From NCBI GenBank assembly GCA_963822585.1, contig CAWGIE010000036.1, positions 224,001 to 288,000 of the forward strand: a stretch of 64,000 nt of DNA, read 5' to 3'. Below are positions 50,934-63,362 of this stretch, in pieces. Each line of letters starts with the position of its first letter. Within the stretch, counting starts at the first letter, position 1. Source of the stretch: an uncultured bacterium. Lineage in GTDB: Bacteria > Auribacterota > Erginobacteria > Erginobacterales > Erginobacteraceae. The notes beneath the pieces are model-generated. The model did no database searches, was not told where the DNA came from, and was given only the letters and a program-made list of their open reading frames with translations. Made by a program: the position numbers and the translations under genes.

Positions 50934-52844
50934 TTATTTTTCCTCCGGAAAAATAAGACTTAGGTTTTTGCGGGCTTCGGTCAGGCCGGGGTTGATCCGG
51001 AGTGCTCGCTGATAAAAATTCCGGGCCTCCTCGATTTTTCCCTGGCGGGCATAGATGATGCCCAGGTTATTGTACGCCATCGCGTACCCGGGGTTGAGAC
51101 GGATCGCTTCCCGGTACTGTCCGGCCGCCTCCGCCAGTTCCCCCCGGGCGGCCAGGGCATTCCCCAGGTTATTGTGGGCATCGGCGTAACCGGGGTTAAT
51201 CCGCAGCGCTTCCCGATAGAAGCTGACGGCCCCCGGCAGATCTCCCTTTGCCGCCGATCTCAAGCCCAGGTCATTATAGGCGCTGTAGAGGTTAAAAAAA
51301 GCCTGTTGATTCCCGGGTTCGAGCCGGTATGCCTCGGCGTAGTGCGGGATGGCCTCGGCAAATCTCCCCTGCTCGGTCAAAATCGCCCCCAGATTGTTAT
51401 GAGCACGGCTGTAGTCCGGCTTGATCTCGATTGCCCGCTGATAATGATGAATAGCCTCCAGTGGTTCCCCCTCCCCGGCCAGGGTCAGCCCCAGGTTGTA
51501 ATGAGCCATGTAACTGTCGGGGTTCACATTCAGGGCATGCCGGAAGAGGGATCCGTTTTCCGACCAGTACCTCACCTGAAAGAAACTGAGCACCGCGCAG
51601 ACAACCGGGATGGCGACACAGGCAATCCCGGTCCACCGGCGGCGATGCCGGAGAAAAACCCAGGAAAGGGCCAGAGCCGGGGCGATCATCGAGAGATACA
51701 GAAAACGGTCCGCCACCGTTGAAAATACCTGATACCCGTGCGGGACCAGCCCCAATACCGGAAGAAGTCCCGCGATGAAAACCCCCAGAATGACCAGCCA
51801 GTGACGGCGATCTTTCACAAATACCATGGATGCCGCGATGACGGCCGGCAGGAGCCAGCTGAAGTAAAGCCACCCCTGCTCCAGCACCCGGGCCGGGGTC
51901 CGGCCGTAATCAATGCTCAGCTGAATGGGTATAAACAACTTATAGAGATAAAAGGCGAGCGCGTCCAGCGCCAGGAGAAAACGAGCCGGGAGCGGAGCGA
52001 TATACCCCAGCGGGATCTCCCGTTCCGAAAACTTGGCCAGAAAGATAATCGGCAGGGCTATCAGCAGCCAGAGAAGGAGCAGGCTGAAGGGCGGGGAGAA
52101 AAAAGCGGCCGACAAACCGCGGCGCCCGGTCAGCCGTTCCTCGCTCCAGCGGAAATGGATGAGCAGCCATCCGATCGCCACGACCGGAACTGCCGCCGGT
52201 TTCGAGAGCAGGGCCAGGGCAAAAGCCGCCGTCGCGTATGCTCCGTAGCGCTTTCTCTGCCGGCGATTGACGCCGCTGAGTTGCCGGTTGACCTCTACCG
52301 CCTGAGCGTACCTGAGGTAGTTTCGGAGCGAGAGAAGAGAAAAAAATCCGCAAAGCACGTCTTTCAAGCTGGAGATCCAGACCACCGGCTCGACCTGGAC
52401 CGGATGGAGGGCGAAAAGAAGCGCGCCCAGGGCGGCGGACCATTCTATCCGTCCGGGATCGTTGCTGCTCCCCCGGAGGAGAATTCTAATGATCCCGTAG
52501 AGGAGAAGGACATTGAGAAGATGGAGGATCAGGTTCGCGTGATGGAAAACCGAGGGCAGCAAACCGAAAGAGGAACCGGTGGGGGAAATCAGACGGGAAA
52601 AGGCGGCCAGAAACGACCAGGCGGTGAAAGTCGCCGGGATATACATCGCCTCGTGGGGGGATATCCAGAAATGGACGATATTTCCGGGGGTCAAGGCGGC
52701 AAGATACCGATTCGCGTAGACATGGATGTCATCGTCCCATCCTACAAAACCGTAATGAACGGCCGGCCCCAGGACCAGGAGGGGAGCGATAATCAGCAGC
52801 AAGATGATCAGGGAACTGTGAGGGATTGCTGGCCGGGTTTTCAT
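50934..52844 (-). CDS. TMTC-like multi-TM plus TPR protein (putative GT-C glycosyltransferase)
   Basis: WDD in the first loop, FALHPVQVEPV.W, LLSK, ADRFLYL, then C-terminal TPRs (AHNNLG). Confidence 0.85.
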   Translation of the reverse strand: MKTRPAIPHSSLIILLLIIAPLLVLGPAVHYGFVGWDDDIHVYANRYLAALTPGNIVHFWISPHEAMYIPATFTAWSFLAAFSRLISPTGSSFGLLPSVFHHANLILHLLNVLLLYGIIRILLRGSSNDPGRIEWSAALGALLFALHPVQVEPVVWISSLKDVLCGFFSLLSLRNYLRYAQAVEVNRQLSGVNRRQRKRYGAYATAAFALALLSKPAAVPVVAIGWLLIHFRWSEERLTGRRGLSAAFFSPPFSLLLLWLLIALPIIFLAKFSEREIPLGYIAPLPARFLLALDALAFYLYKLFIPIQLSIDYGRTPARVLEQGWLYFSWLLPAVIAASMVFVKDRRHWLVILGVFIAGLLPVLGLVPHGYQVFSTVADRFLYLSMIAPALALSWVFLRHRRRWTGIACVAIPVVCAVLSFFQVRYWSENGSLFRHALNVNPDSYMAHYNLGLTLAGEGEPLEAIHHYQRAIEIKPDYSRAHNNLGAILTEQGRFAEAIPHYAEAYRLEPGNQQAFFNLYSAYNDLGLRSAAKGDLPGAVSFYREALRINPGYADAHNNLGNALAARGELAEAAGQYREAIRLNPGYAMAYNNLGIIYARQGKIEEARNFYQRALRINPGLTEARKNLSLIFPEEK

Positions 52845-52857
52845 AGTGAAAAAAACA

Positions 52858-52888
52858 AACATCCAACGTTCAACGTCCAACGTCCAAC
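52858..52888. repeat. TTCAACG heptamer array
   Basis: Four units overlapping the HDAC stop. Confidence 0.75.
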
Positions 52889-53820
52889 AGGGTCCGCGCG
52901 TGGGCGGCGATGGAAGAGGACAAGGCGTCAAGGTCGTATCCTCCCTCCAGGACCGAGACCAGACGGCCGAGGGCGTATTCATCGGCGATATCGGCCACCA
53001 GGGACGTCAGCCCCGCGTATCCGGCATCGGTCAGATCCATCCCGGCCAACGGATCCCGCCGGTGACCGTCAAAACCGGCCGAGATAAAGACAAACTCGGG
53101 CCGGAAACGATCCATGGCGGGGACCAGTTGATCTCGAAAGACGCTCAGGTATTCCCTGTCCCCTGATCCGGCCGGAAGCGGGACGTTCAGGGTGTAGCCC
53201 TCTCCCTTCCCCGTGCCGGTCTCTTCGGCGGATCCGGACCCCGGGTAATGGGGGAACTGGTGGACACTGAAATAAAATACGCTCCGATCCGCGTAAAACG
53301 CGTCCTGGGTGCCGTTTCCGTGATGCACGTCCCAGTCAACGATAACCACCCGCCGGAGACTGTACTTCCGCTGCACATAACGCGCCCCGATCGCCGTGTT
53401 ATTAAAAACACAGAACCCCATCGCCCGGTCGGCCAAGGCGTGGTGGCCCGGGGGGCGGACCGCGCAGAAGCAGTTCCGGACCGTCCCGGCCATCACCGCG
53501 TCCACGGCGGAGAGCACGCCCCCGGCCGCGTAAAGGGCGGCCCGGTAGGATCCGGGGGAGACAACGGTCTCAATCCCGTCGAGCAGCCGGACGCCCCGCC
53601 TGCTCATCTCCTGAGCCCACGCGACGTAGGCGGGGTCATGCACCATTTCGATCTCCGACGGTTCGGCCGCGCGGGGTTCAATCCCGAACAGGTGATTGAG
53701 TATCCCTCGCGATCTCAGTCCGTCCATGATCGCGGTCAGCCGCCGCCCGGATTCAGGGTGCCCCCCGGTATCGTGTTCCAGGTATATATCCGAATAGACC
53801 AGACCGGTCTTGTGTTCCAT
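52870..53820 (-). CDS. Histone deacetylase-family protein
   Basis: HPE, RPPGHHA, GFCVFNN, DWDVHHGNGTQ, SAGFD, LEGGY. Confidence 0.95.
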   Translation of the reverse strand: MEHKTGLVYSDIYLEHDTGGHPESGRRLTAIMDGLRSRGILNHLFGIEPRAAEPSEIEMVHDPAYVAWAQEMSRRGVRLLDGIETVVSPGSYRAALYAAGGVLSAVDAVMAGTVRNCFCAVRPPGHHALADRAMGFCVFNNTAIGARYVQRKYSLRRVVIVDWDVHHGNGTQDAFYADRSVFYFSVHQFPHYPGSGSAEETGTGKGEGYTLNVPLPAGSGDREYLSVFRDQLVPAMDRFRPEFVFISAGFDGHRRDPLAGMDLTDAGYAGLTSLVADIADEYALGRLVSVLEGGYDLDALSSSIAAHARTLLDVGR

Positions 53821-53861
53821 CGTCACACCGTGACTTGTTCCCGGGCAATGGGTGTAAAATA

Positions 53862-53896
53862 TTCAACGTTGAACGTTCAACGTTGAACGTTCAACG
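53862..53896. repeat. Alternating TTCAACG/TTGAACG palindromic array
   Basis: Five units. Confidence 0.8.
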
Positions 53897-55381
53897 AAAA
53901 GCGGACCCGGTATCCTGGTTGATACGGCGCATCTCGTCGATTCCGTATTGCGTCCCGATCCTCCGGTCCGCCTCGGGGAGCGAATCAACCGGGAGGATGA
54001 TCTCCCGATTGAACTCCTCCATGATAAAACGATGGAACCCTCTCTCGGGATGCCCGAGGGCTTCAACAACGTCCTCCAATTTCCCGATCGGACGCCCGTT
54101 CACCTTCGACACGACCATGTCCTCCATCCTCTGGTAGCCGAGATTGATGCCATCGGGGAGGAGCCTGTTCAGGATTACGATCCGTTCCCGGCCCGGGCGA
54201 CGGTGACGGGAGTTATAAAAATAATGATAAAGGAATTTCTTATTCGCGGCCGTCTGCCAGTTCGGGCCCCATTCCTTCAAATAATCGGCGGTCAGTTCCT
54301 GGAGAATCAGACCGCCAACGATAAGATATTTCGTGGGCGTACCGCAGCTGTAAGGAGGGATCAGATAATCCGATCGAACCCACCTCTTCATCTCGATCGG
54401 CAACCGGAGAATAGTGCCGTCCCGGAAAATCTCGACCTCAACCGTATCCCCGGGATAATGGAAGCGGGAAAAAAGATCACGGTAATCGAGCCGGCCCCAG
54501 AGAGTGTCCCGGTAATACCCGTCGGCGTCAATGGCATGGCCGGCCACCGAAAGAAGAACATCCCCTTCTTTCAGCGTCCCCGCGGCCGACCCGCCGGGAA
54601 AAATCGTGTGAATATAGAGGCCTCCGACGTCGGGGGGAAGACGCAGGAACTTCCGGAAAACAGGATCCCGAACCGCCGATCCCGCGAAACCGTGGAAGGG
54701 GAAGCCCCGGTACCGGCCGCCGCTGGATGCTTCCAGGAAATGTCGGATGATGGAGGACGGGATGATGGTGGCATACTGCTCCTTGCTGTTGTAAGACATA
54801 GTAAGGCCAACCAGCTTGCCGTCGGCAAAGACCGGCTCGCTCCAGCCGCCGCCCCGGTCCTCGAAGTTAACGGCCGCGCCGTAGGCGAGAAAACTGTCGA
54901 GGCCCAGGTAATACTGCTCCACCGAGACTTTCACGATCTCTCCCGGGATCGCCCGGATATTGTCCGACTCCTCGAATACCAGGAACTTGACCGGCTGATC
55001 GATCCTGACCTTCTCTTCCAATTCGACCGGCTTGAGATCGTTAAAAAAAGAGTCGTCATCGACGGTTAAAACCGCCAGGTCGGCGTCGTAGTCAATGGCC
55101 TCGATTTTACCCGGATAGTATTTCTTCTCCGTGTTCTTCTCCACCTTGATCATGGTGGCATCCTTTACAATATCGGCCGTCGTCAAGATCTTCCGGGAGG
55201 GGAGGATACAGCCATAACCCGAACGGGAGGCGGCCTTTTTCTTCTGCCAGGGGCTGGAATAATTAGTTTCCTGATACGTCACGTAGAGTTTCACGGGGGT
55301 ATCCACGGCGGGGAACGACGGGGCCGCGCAGAGATGAATTCCCAAACAGACAATACCGTAAAGAAACAACGTTTTCTTCAT
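53891..55381 (-). CDS. Exported DegP/HtrA-like PDZ protein, probably catalytically inactive
   Basis: Colinear with the neighbouring protease but TTAD for TSAH and no GNSGG. Confidence 0.8.
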   Translation of the reverse strand: MKKTLFLYGIVCLGIHLCAAPSFPAVDTPVKLYVTYQETNYSSPWQKKKAASRSGYGCILPSRKILTTADIVKDATMIKVEKNTEKKYYPGKIEAIDYDADLAVLTVDDDSFFNDLKPVELEEKVRIDQPVKFLVFEESDNIRAIPGEIVKVSVEQYYLGLDSFLAYGAAVNFEDRGGGWSEPVFADGKLVGLTMSYNSKEQYATIIPSSIIRHFLEASSGGRYRGFPFHGFAGSAVRDPVFRKFLRLPPDVGGLYIHTIFPGGSAAGTLKEGDVLLSVAGHAIDADGYYRDTLWGRLDYRDLFSRFHYPGDTVEVEIFRDGTILRLPIEMKRWVRSDYLIPPYSCGTPTKYLIVGGLILQELTADYLKEWGPNWQTAANKKFLYHYFYNSRHRRPGRERIVILNRLLPDGINLGYQRMEDMVVSKVNGRPIGKLEDVVEALGHPERGFHRFIMEEFNREIILPVDSLPEADRRIGTQYGIDEMRRINQDTGSAFR

Positions 55382-55387
55382 CGCCGG

Positions 55388-56932
55388 TTAATTTCCCGCC
55401 TCTTCGTGCTCTTCTTCCGCTGGACCGAGGAACCGGTCGGTCCGGATCTGATATCTCTCCAGTATTCGGGCATTCGCTTCCTTCAGCTGCCCGGCGTCCA
55501 GAATACAGGGGGGGCTGTCGCCTGCAAATTTGATGATGTGAAAACCACCGGTCTCCTCGTCAAAGGCGGCGACCAGATCGCGCAGGGAATCTATCTTCCG
55601 GCCGTTCACGCTGCTGACCACCTGGTCGGAAAGATCCGTATAGTACTGGTTGACCGGCGCCGGCAGGACCCGGGAGAGAAGAATTATTTGGGGGTGCTCG
55701 CGGTATAACCTATCCTGGTCATAATAATAAAAATAATAAAGCAGACGGGGATCGGATCGATCCCACCAATCGTTCTTCCAGGTCTTCAAATACTCCCGGG
55801 TGAGCGGCTGGAAAAGAAATCCCCCATAGACGAAATACTCCGGCTGTTCTTCGTATTCGTTCCAGGACTTCAGCGACTCCCTGTTTTTTTCCAGCGGGAT
55901 CCGGCAGGGAATAATCTCCCCTCCTCTCATGACCTCGATCACCACCTCGTCACCCACCTGCTTGCGCTCCACTACCTCCTCGAGCTGGTAGCTCTCCTGG
56001 TCGATCAGGATCGTCCCGTCGTTTCTGATCGGATTGCCGTCGATGGCCAGGAGAACATCCCCGGGGAAGATAAAGCCGCTGGCGGAATGGCCTTCAACCA
56101 CATCCGAGACCGCGACCCCCGTCTTCCCGGCTGGCAGGCCCACGAAATCGCGATAAGCAGGGTTCAGGAGATCGGCCGTGATAATGCCAAGGTCCGGATA
56201 TCCGTCATACCGGCCGTCCGCAATGTCTTCCAGAAAATGATTGATCACCGTGATCGGGATGACGTGGCCGACGTTTTCCGAAGGCTCGACGGCCTGGAAG
56301 GCAATCCCGGCGATTTCACCGTTCTGCAGAACCGGACCACCGGAATTGCCGGGGTTGATGGCGGCATCGATCTGCAGAATAAGATGATAGTCCCGGGCGG
56401 AATGACTGTAGAGTGTATAGTCGATGCGGGAAACAATGCCCCGGGTAACCGAGATGCGCCGGCCGCCGGCGGGGAAACCGTATACCAGCACCATCGACCC
56501 GAGTTCGGGTATTTTCTCGCTGAAGGGGATATATGTGGTGTCGTCGAAAAAAGAGGGGTCAAGGACATCGACCAGTGCCAGATCGCAATCATGCCCGATG
56601 TACGACACCACCCCCCGGTATGGTGTTCCGCTGTTTTCCTGCTCGATCTCCAGATAGGTGGAATCGCTGACGACATGAGCGCTGGTAAGGATGTGGTTGC
56701 CGGCAATAATAACCCCGGAACCGCGGCCGGTCGAGAAATCCCTTTTTCCCCAGGGCGCCTCGTAATCCGGACGCTGGCTGACATTTCTGACCTTGACCAC
56801 CGCCGATCGGACGCGGGCGTTGCTCCCCTCCCCCTCTGCCGGGCCCGGGAAGCCGGCCGGGGCGGCGGAGACGGAAAGAACCGAAACCGCCGTTATTATC
56901 CCGAAGAGGAGATGTGTTATTGGGTTTTTCAT
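55388..56932 (-). CDS. Exported DegP/HtrA-like serine protease with PDZ domains
   Basis: TSAHVV, DCDLAL, DAAINPGNSGGP triad; PDZ (GDVLLAIDG). Confidence 0.93.
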   Translation of the reverse strand: MKNPITHLLFGIITAVSVLSVSAAPAGFPGPAEGEGSNARVRSAVVKVRNVSQRPDYEAPWGKRDFSTGRGSGVIIAGNHILTSAHVVSDSTYLEIEQENSGTPYRGVVSYIGHDCDLALVDVLDPSFFDDTTYIPFSEKIPELGSMVLVYGFPAGGRRISVTRGIVSRIDYTLYSHSARDYHLILQIDAAINPGNSGGPVLQNGEIAGIAFQAVEPSENVGHVIPITVINHFLEDIADGRYDGYPDLGIITADLLNPAYRDFVGLPAGKTGVAVSDVVEGHSASGFIFPGDVLLAIDGNPIRNDGTILIDQESYQLEEVVERKQVGDEVVIEVMRGGEIIPCRIPLEKNRESLKSWNEYEEQPEYFVYGGFLFQPLTREYLKTWKNDWWDRSDPRLLYYFYYYDQDRLYREHPQIILLSRVLPAPVNQYYTDLSDQVVSSVNGRKIDSLRDLVAAFDEETGGFHIIKFAGDSPPCILDAGQLKEANARILERYQIRTDRFLGPAEEEHEEAGN

Positions 56933-56989
56933 ACTTATAACCGGCGGAATTCAGAGTCAAACCATCACTTCACTTGAATAACTGACGGG

Positions 56990-57067
56990 GGTGTTGGAGT
57001 AATGGAATCCGGGATGGGGGGAGGGCGAAATCCAATACTCCACTATTCCAATACTCCATTACTCCAT
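56990..57067. repeat. Inverted octamer-array element (GGAGTRNT family)
   Basis: Short left arm; (AATACTCC)x4 right arm. Confidence 0.7.
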
Positions 57068-57110
57068 CTTTTTATGAGTTCGCGTCCGCTTTCACCTTGT
57101 CCTCTTCAGG

Positions 57111-58262
57111 TTACGGAACGTTCACCAACATATATTCCCGGGAACCGATCCCGGCGGCGGCGGCGGCGGCCAGAAACGGCTCCACCTCGATACCGAAAAG
57201 AGTCTTGAACGGGTCCTTCACCCGGGGAAGACAACAATACCGGGCGATGACGGCCGGGGACACCTTCTTCATCGAGACCCGGAGTTTTTTCACCACCGCC
57301 GTCGATCCCGGGATCAGGGGAGATTGCCGAACCAGATCAATCGAGGCCTGGTCAACGGCGACGATGTCCCGCGAGGCCAGAATTCCCTGGTCGGGGATGA
57401 AGGGGGGCTCGCTCCAATCGCAGCAATCGCAGTCCGGGGCGACGGTGATCAGGAAGTTCAGGTAGAGAGACTTTTTGCCCTTCCCGGCCAGGACCGACCG
57501 CGCGTAGGCGGCCGATTTCTCGGCCAGGGGGCCGGAATCCGTCTTCCAGATCGGAGGGATGGCGCCCGCCGGACAGACGGCGATACACTCTCCGCAGCCG
57601 ATACAAACCCGGGGGTTGATCCGGGCGGGACCGTCATCTTCCCGGGAGATGGCGCTGACCGGGCAATATCTGACACAGGTCCCGCACCGGGAGCATTTCT
57701 TCGTGTTTACCACCGGTTTCAGATCGCTGTGCATGACCTGCTTTCCCGCGGGGGAGGCAAGCCCCATGCTGACGTTCTTGATCGCCCCCGCATAGCCGAA
57801 GACGACATGCCCGGTGACATGGGTGATGGCCAGGATCCCATCAGCCTCCCGGGCCATCCGGGCGATCCGGACTGGTCGGTCTCCGATGGAGTTGTTCCTC
57901 TCCTCAATGAACTCATCGGCAATGACAATCGGCGCCCCGATATACTCTTCCGAGAAACCGTGGTGACGCGCGGTGAGCAGGTGATCTTGCGTTTCATGGC
58001 GGCTGCCCCGGTAAAGGGTATTGGTATCGGTCAGGAAGGGCTCTGCTCCCAGATCTTTGAGCTTCGCCACCAGGAGACGGGCAAAAGCCGGATTGAGATA
58101 CGTGGTATTTCCTTCCTCGCCGAAATGGACCTTTACCGCCACCCGGTCTCCGCGGCCGAAGATCTTCGCCCCGCCGCTCCGGTCGAACAGATCGGAAAGT
58201 TTATCCAGGAGAGAGCGACGGGCATGGGCGGTTGGATCCGTAAAATATACTTTTGATTTCAT
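57111..58262 (-). CDS. DUF362 protein with 2x[4Fe-4S] ferredoxin insert
   Basis: KVHFGE.GN, TDTNTLY.GSR, two CxxCxxCxxxCP motifs, PDCDC. Confidence 0.9.
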   Translation of the reverse strand: MKSKVYFTDPTAHARRSLLDKLSDLFDRSGGAKIFGRGDRVAVKVHFGEEGNTTYLNPAFARLLVAKLKDLGAEPFLTDTNTLYRGSRHETQDHLLTARHHGFSEEYIGAPIVIADEFIEERNNSIGDRPVRIARMAREADGILAITHVTGHVVFGYAGAIKNVSMGLASPAGKQVMHSDLKPVVNTKKCSRCGTCVRYCPVSAISREDDGPARINPRVCIGCGECIAVCPAGAIPPIWKTDSGPLAEKSAAYARSVLAGKGKKSLYLNFLITVAPDCDCCDWSEPPFIPDQGILASRDIVAVDQASIDLVRQSPLIPGSTAVVKKLRVSMKKVSPAVIARYCCLPRVKDPFKTLFGIEVEPFLAAAAAAGIGSREYMLVNVP

Positions 58263-58275
58263 TGCCGGCCATTAT

Positions 58276-58340
58276 AACCACGAAGAACACGAAGGGCACG
58301 AAGAAAAACATTCAGGAACTTCGTGTCCTTTGTGTTCTTT
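58276..58340. repeat. Inverted nonamer array (CACGAAGNN)
   Basis: Three left units, degenerate right arm. Confidence 0.75.
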
Positions 58341-58363
58341 CTTGTAATTAACGGTGCGTTGAT

Positions 58364-60777
<2,414 letters not shown>

Positions 60778-60806
60778 TAATAATTATTGAGATGTCGAAG
60801 AAATAA

Positions 60807-61532
60807 CTACCGTCCGACTGCGAGGCGTTCGGCCAGAAAGCGGGGCAGCCCGGCGGCAAGAATTTTTTCCTGGGCTTTCCGGATCGGGTAGGCAACCCGG
60901 ACGATCCGGATGATCTCCGCGCGGTCATCGAAGAGGATAAAAGACGCCCGGGGGTCACGATCCCGGGGTTGCCCGACACTCCCCGCGTTAATGAGATACC
61001 GGCAGCCGGGAGCCAGCCGCACTTCCTCATCCGGAACAAAATCGATGACGCCTTCCTTCTCCCGGAAGAAACCGGGGAGATGGGAATGCCCGAAAAAGCA
61101 AAGTCGGCCGGGAAGACGATTAAACGATGGGCGGGCGTCGGCGGGAGAAAGCACATACTCCCAGTCCGGCGGAGCCGAAAGACTGCCGTGGACGAGGGCG
61201 ATTTCGTCGATGAGCCGGGTAAGCGGGAGAGCGGCTAGATACTCCTTCTCGGCTTGATCGAGCAGACCTTCAGTCCAGAAAATCGCCTGCCGCGCGCGCT
61301 CGTTGAAACTTTCGGCCGTGTCGAGGCCGCAGGCGGCGGCATCATGATTGCCGAGCACCCCCAGCGGATTCAGCAACCGGAGTGTTTCCAGACAGGCCTT
61401 TGGATCGGCGCCGTAACCGACACTATCCCCCAGGCAGATATATCTATCTATCGAGAGCCGGCGGACGGCGGCGAGGACCGTTTGCAGTGCTTCCAGGTTA
61501 CCATGAATGTCGGAGAGGATGGCGTATCTCAT
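60807..61532 (-). CDS. Metallophosphoesterase (calcineurin-like)
   Basis: SDIHGN, GDSVGYG, GNHD, VHGS, GHSH, N.GSVGQPRD. Confidence 0.92.
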   Translation of the reverse strand: MRYAILSDIHGNLEALQTVLAAVRRLSIDRYICLGDSVGYGADPKACLETLRLLNPLGVLGNHDAAACGLDTAESFNERARQAIFWTEGLLDQAEKEYLAALPLTRLIDEIALVHGSLSAPPDWEYVLSPADARPSFNRLPGRLCFFGHSHLPGFFREKEGVIDFVPDEEVRLAPGCRYLINAGSVGQPRDRDPRASFILFDDRAEIIRIVRVAYPIRKAQEKILAAGLPRFLAERLAVGR

Positions 61533-61611
61533 TTAAAATTTTTTCTGTGAAAAAATTTTAATCGGGCAGGCTCCACAGGGATAGAGAATGCGCCTAATTA
61601 TGATACTTTAG

Positions 61612-61686
61612 TCGGGGCGGGGAGATTTGAACTCCCGACCTCACGGTCCCGAACCGTGCGCGCTAGCCGGACTGCGCTACGCCCCG
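61612..61686 (-). tRNA. tRNA-Pro (CGG), CCA not encoded
   Basis: CGGGGCG acceptor stem, anticodon arm CACGG-TTCGGGA-CCGTG, T-loop GTTCAAATC. Confidence 0.95.
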
Positions 61687-61889
61687 AAAAATGAAACCTA
61701 AGGGACAAAGGTTAACCCGATTTATTCATAAATCGGGTTAGTTTTGAACCATGACCAAGCTTACATGAATAGCCACACGAAAAGATATTAATTTTATCAA
61801 ATTATCCGGCAACGGATTACAGCCAAAGGCATACTTCTACGGGCCGCTTACCATGAAGAATAATATGTTTCCATTCCAGAGAAGAAAAA

Positions 61890-63231
61890 GGTTCCTCGCT
61901 ATTTTCAGTGGCCCAAGAGTTCGGTATAAGGCATCATCTTATGCATGAAGACACCAGAAAAGTTGTTCAGTGAGTTGTTGGGTTTGGGCCCGGCGTGGGC
62001 AGTTGAGGATGCGACATTCAAGGCCGAGAATAATATCGTAGAATTGCGCGTTAAAGAGACGCCTGAACTTTGGAAGATAGAACGCTGCCCTCACGATGGA
62101 AGCGATGGCGTGACCTGCCATGATCACATACGAGGGCTTCGATGGCGACATTTGAACGTGTTCAACAAAGAAGTTGAAATCGTCTGCGATCTGCCTAGAG
62201 GGAAGTGTCCGAGGTGCGGAAAAGTATGGCGCGTGACCCCACCGTGGGAAGGACGGGCGAAGCATTTTACGAAAGAGTTTGAAGCCTTTGCCCTGACCTT
62301 GATGCGGGAGATGCCGGTTAAAAAGGCCGCGGAGATTCTTGGCGAGCAAGACACCAGGATGTGGCGGGTTGTGAGTGCCTATGTGGAAGAGGCGTACAAG
62401 AGAGTGGATATGTCGGATGTTGTTTCCGTCGGGGTTGATGAGATGTCTCGAGCGAAGGGACATCGCTACCTGACGGTGTTTGCCGATTTGGTGCTCAAGC
62501 GAGTGTTGTTTGCAACCCCAGGTAAAGACAGCGAGACGTGGGCGCAGTTTACCAATGCGTTGGAGGACCATGAGGGGAAAGCGGAATCGCTTACGAGCGT
62601 ATCGATGGATATGAGCAAGGCCTATGCGAAGGGAGTGCGCGAGAACTGCAGCAATGCCCGGGTAGTCTACGACAAGTTTCACGTGATTGCCCATGCCAAC
62701 AAAGCGGTGGATCTTGTCCGCCAGAGCGAATCCCAGAGTGGGCGCCCGATAGTCCGGGAGACATTGGCCAAGAGTCGTTGGATCTGGCTGAAGAACCCGG
62801 AAAATCTGACCAAGAAACAGAAAGCCCGGTTGAAGCGGATTGATCAGGATATGCTGCTGACCGGAAGAGCATACCAGATGCGGCTGGCGCTGCAGGAGAT
62901 TTACCGGCTCGGTTCTGTCACTGAGGCGGCCAAGCGATTTGGCGAATGGTGCCGCTGGGTTCAACGAGAAGCTCGCAAAACCAGCCGATGGCTTCTTTGT
63001 CATATGTCCCAGGTTGCCGATATGATCGAATCCCACATCGCTGGAATCCTGGCACACTGGGATCAGGGTGTGACCAATGCTTTTATGGAAGGGATTAATA
63101 GTGTTTTCTCCGCTGTTCGACGCAAGGCTCGTGGGTATCGAAGCTCCCGGAATATGATTACTATGCTCTACTTTGTCGCCGGTAAACTTCCTTCACCTGC
63201 TGAACTCAGCCACTGAAAATAGCGAGGAACC
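61890..63231 (+). mobile_element. Complete ISL3-family insertion sequence
   Basis: Perfect 23-bp TIRs GGTTCCTCGCTATTTTCAGTGGC; 8-bp target duplication AAGAAAAA at 61882-61889 and 63232-63239. Confidence 0.95.
61945..63216 (+). CDS. ISL3-family transposase
   Basis: zf-ISL3 cysteines, GVDE, SMDMS..Y, YDKFHV, TNAFMEGINS, ARGYR. Confidence 0.95.
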   Translation: MKTPEKLFSELLGLGPAWAVEDATFKAENNIVELRVKETPELWKIERCPHDGSDGVTCHDHIRGLRWRHLNVFNKEVEIVCDLPRGKCPRCGKVWRVTPPWEGRAKHFTKEFEAFALTLMREMPVKKAAEILGEQDTRMWRVVSAYVEEAYKRVDMSDVVSVGVDEMSRAKGHRYLTVFADLVLKRVLFATPGKDSETWAQFTNALEDHEGKAESLTSVSMDMSKAYAKGVRENCSNARVVYDKFHVIAHANKAVDLVRQSESQSGRPIVRETLAKSRWIWLKNPENLTKKQKARLKRIDQDMLLTGRAYQMRLALQEIYRLGSVTEAAKRFGEWCRWVQREARKTSRWLLCHMSQVADMIESHIAGILAHWDQGVTNAFMEGINSVFSAVRRKARGYRSSRNMITMLYFVAGKLPSPAELSH

Positions 63232-63362
63232 AAGAAAAAGCACAGTGCTGTCGCCGCATAAACAAGACTGCTATTCATAATACATTGAACGACAATTAGT
63301 AACCTGGATTATTCATGAAAAATGAAAATTTTCATGAATAATCCAGGTTAAGGGTTAAGTTG

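Larger units (their letters stand above)
61713..63350. mobile_element. AT-rich MITE-like repeat, copy 2, interrupted by the ISL3
   Basis: Palindromes at 61713-61740 and 63300-63350; internal similarity to 38973-39120. Confidence 0.6.

Noticed and set aside
61612..61686. tRNA-Pro as an integration site for an island
   Set aside because: No integrase and no duplicated tRNA 3' end seen; the IS lies on the 5' side
61939..63057. 372-aa ORF antisense to the transposase
   Set aside because: Shadow ORF with no recognisable motifs
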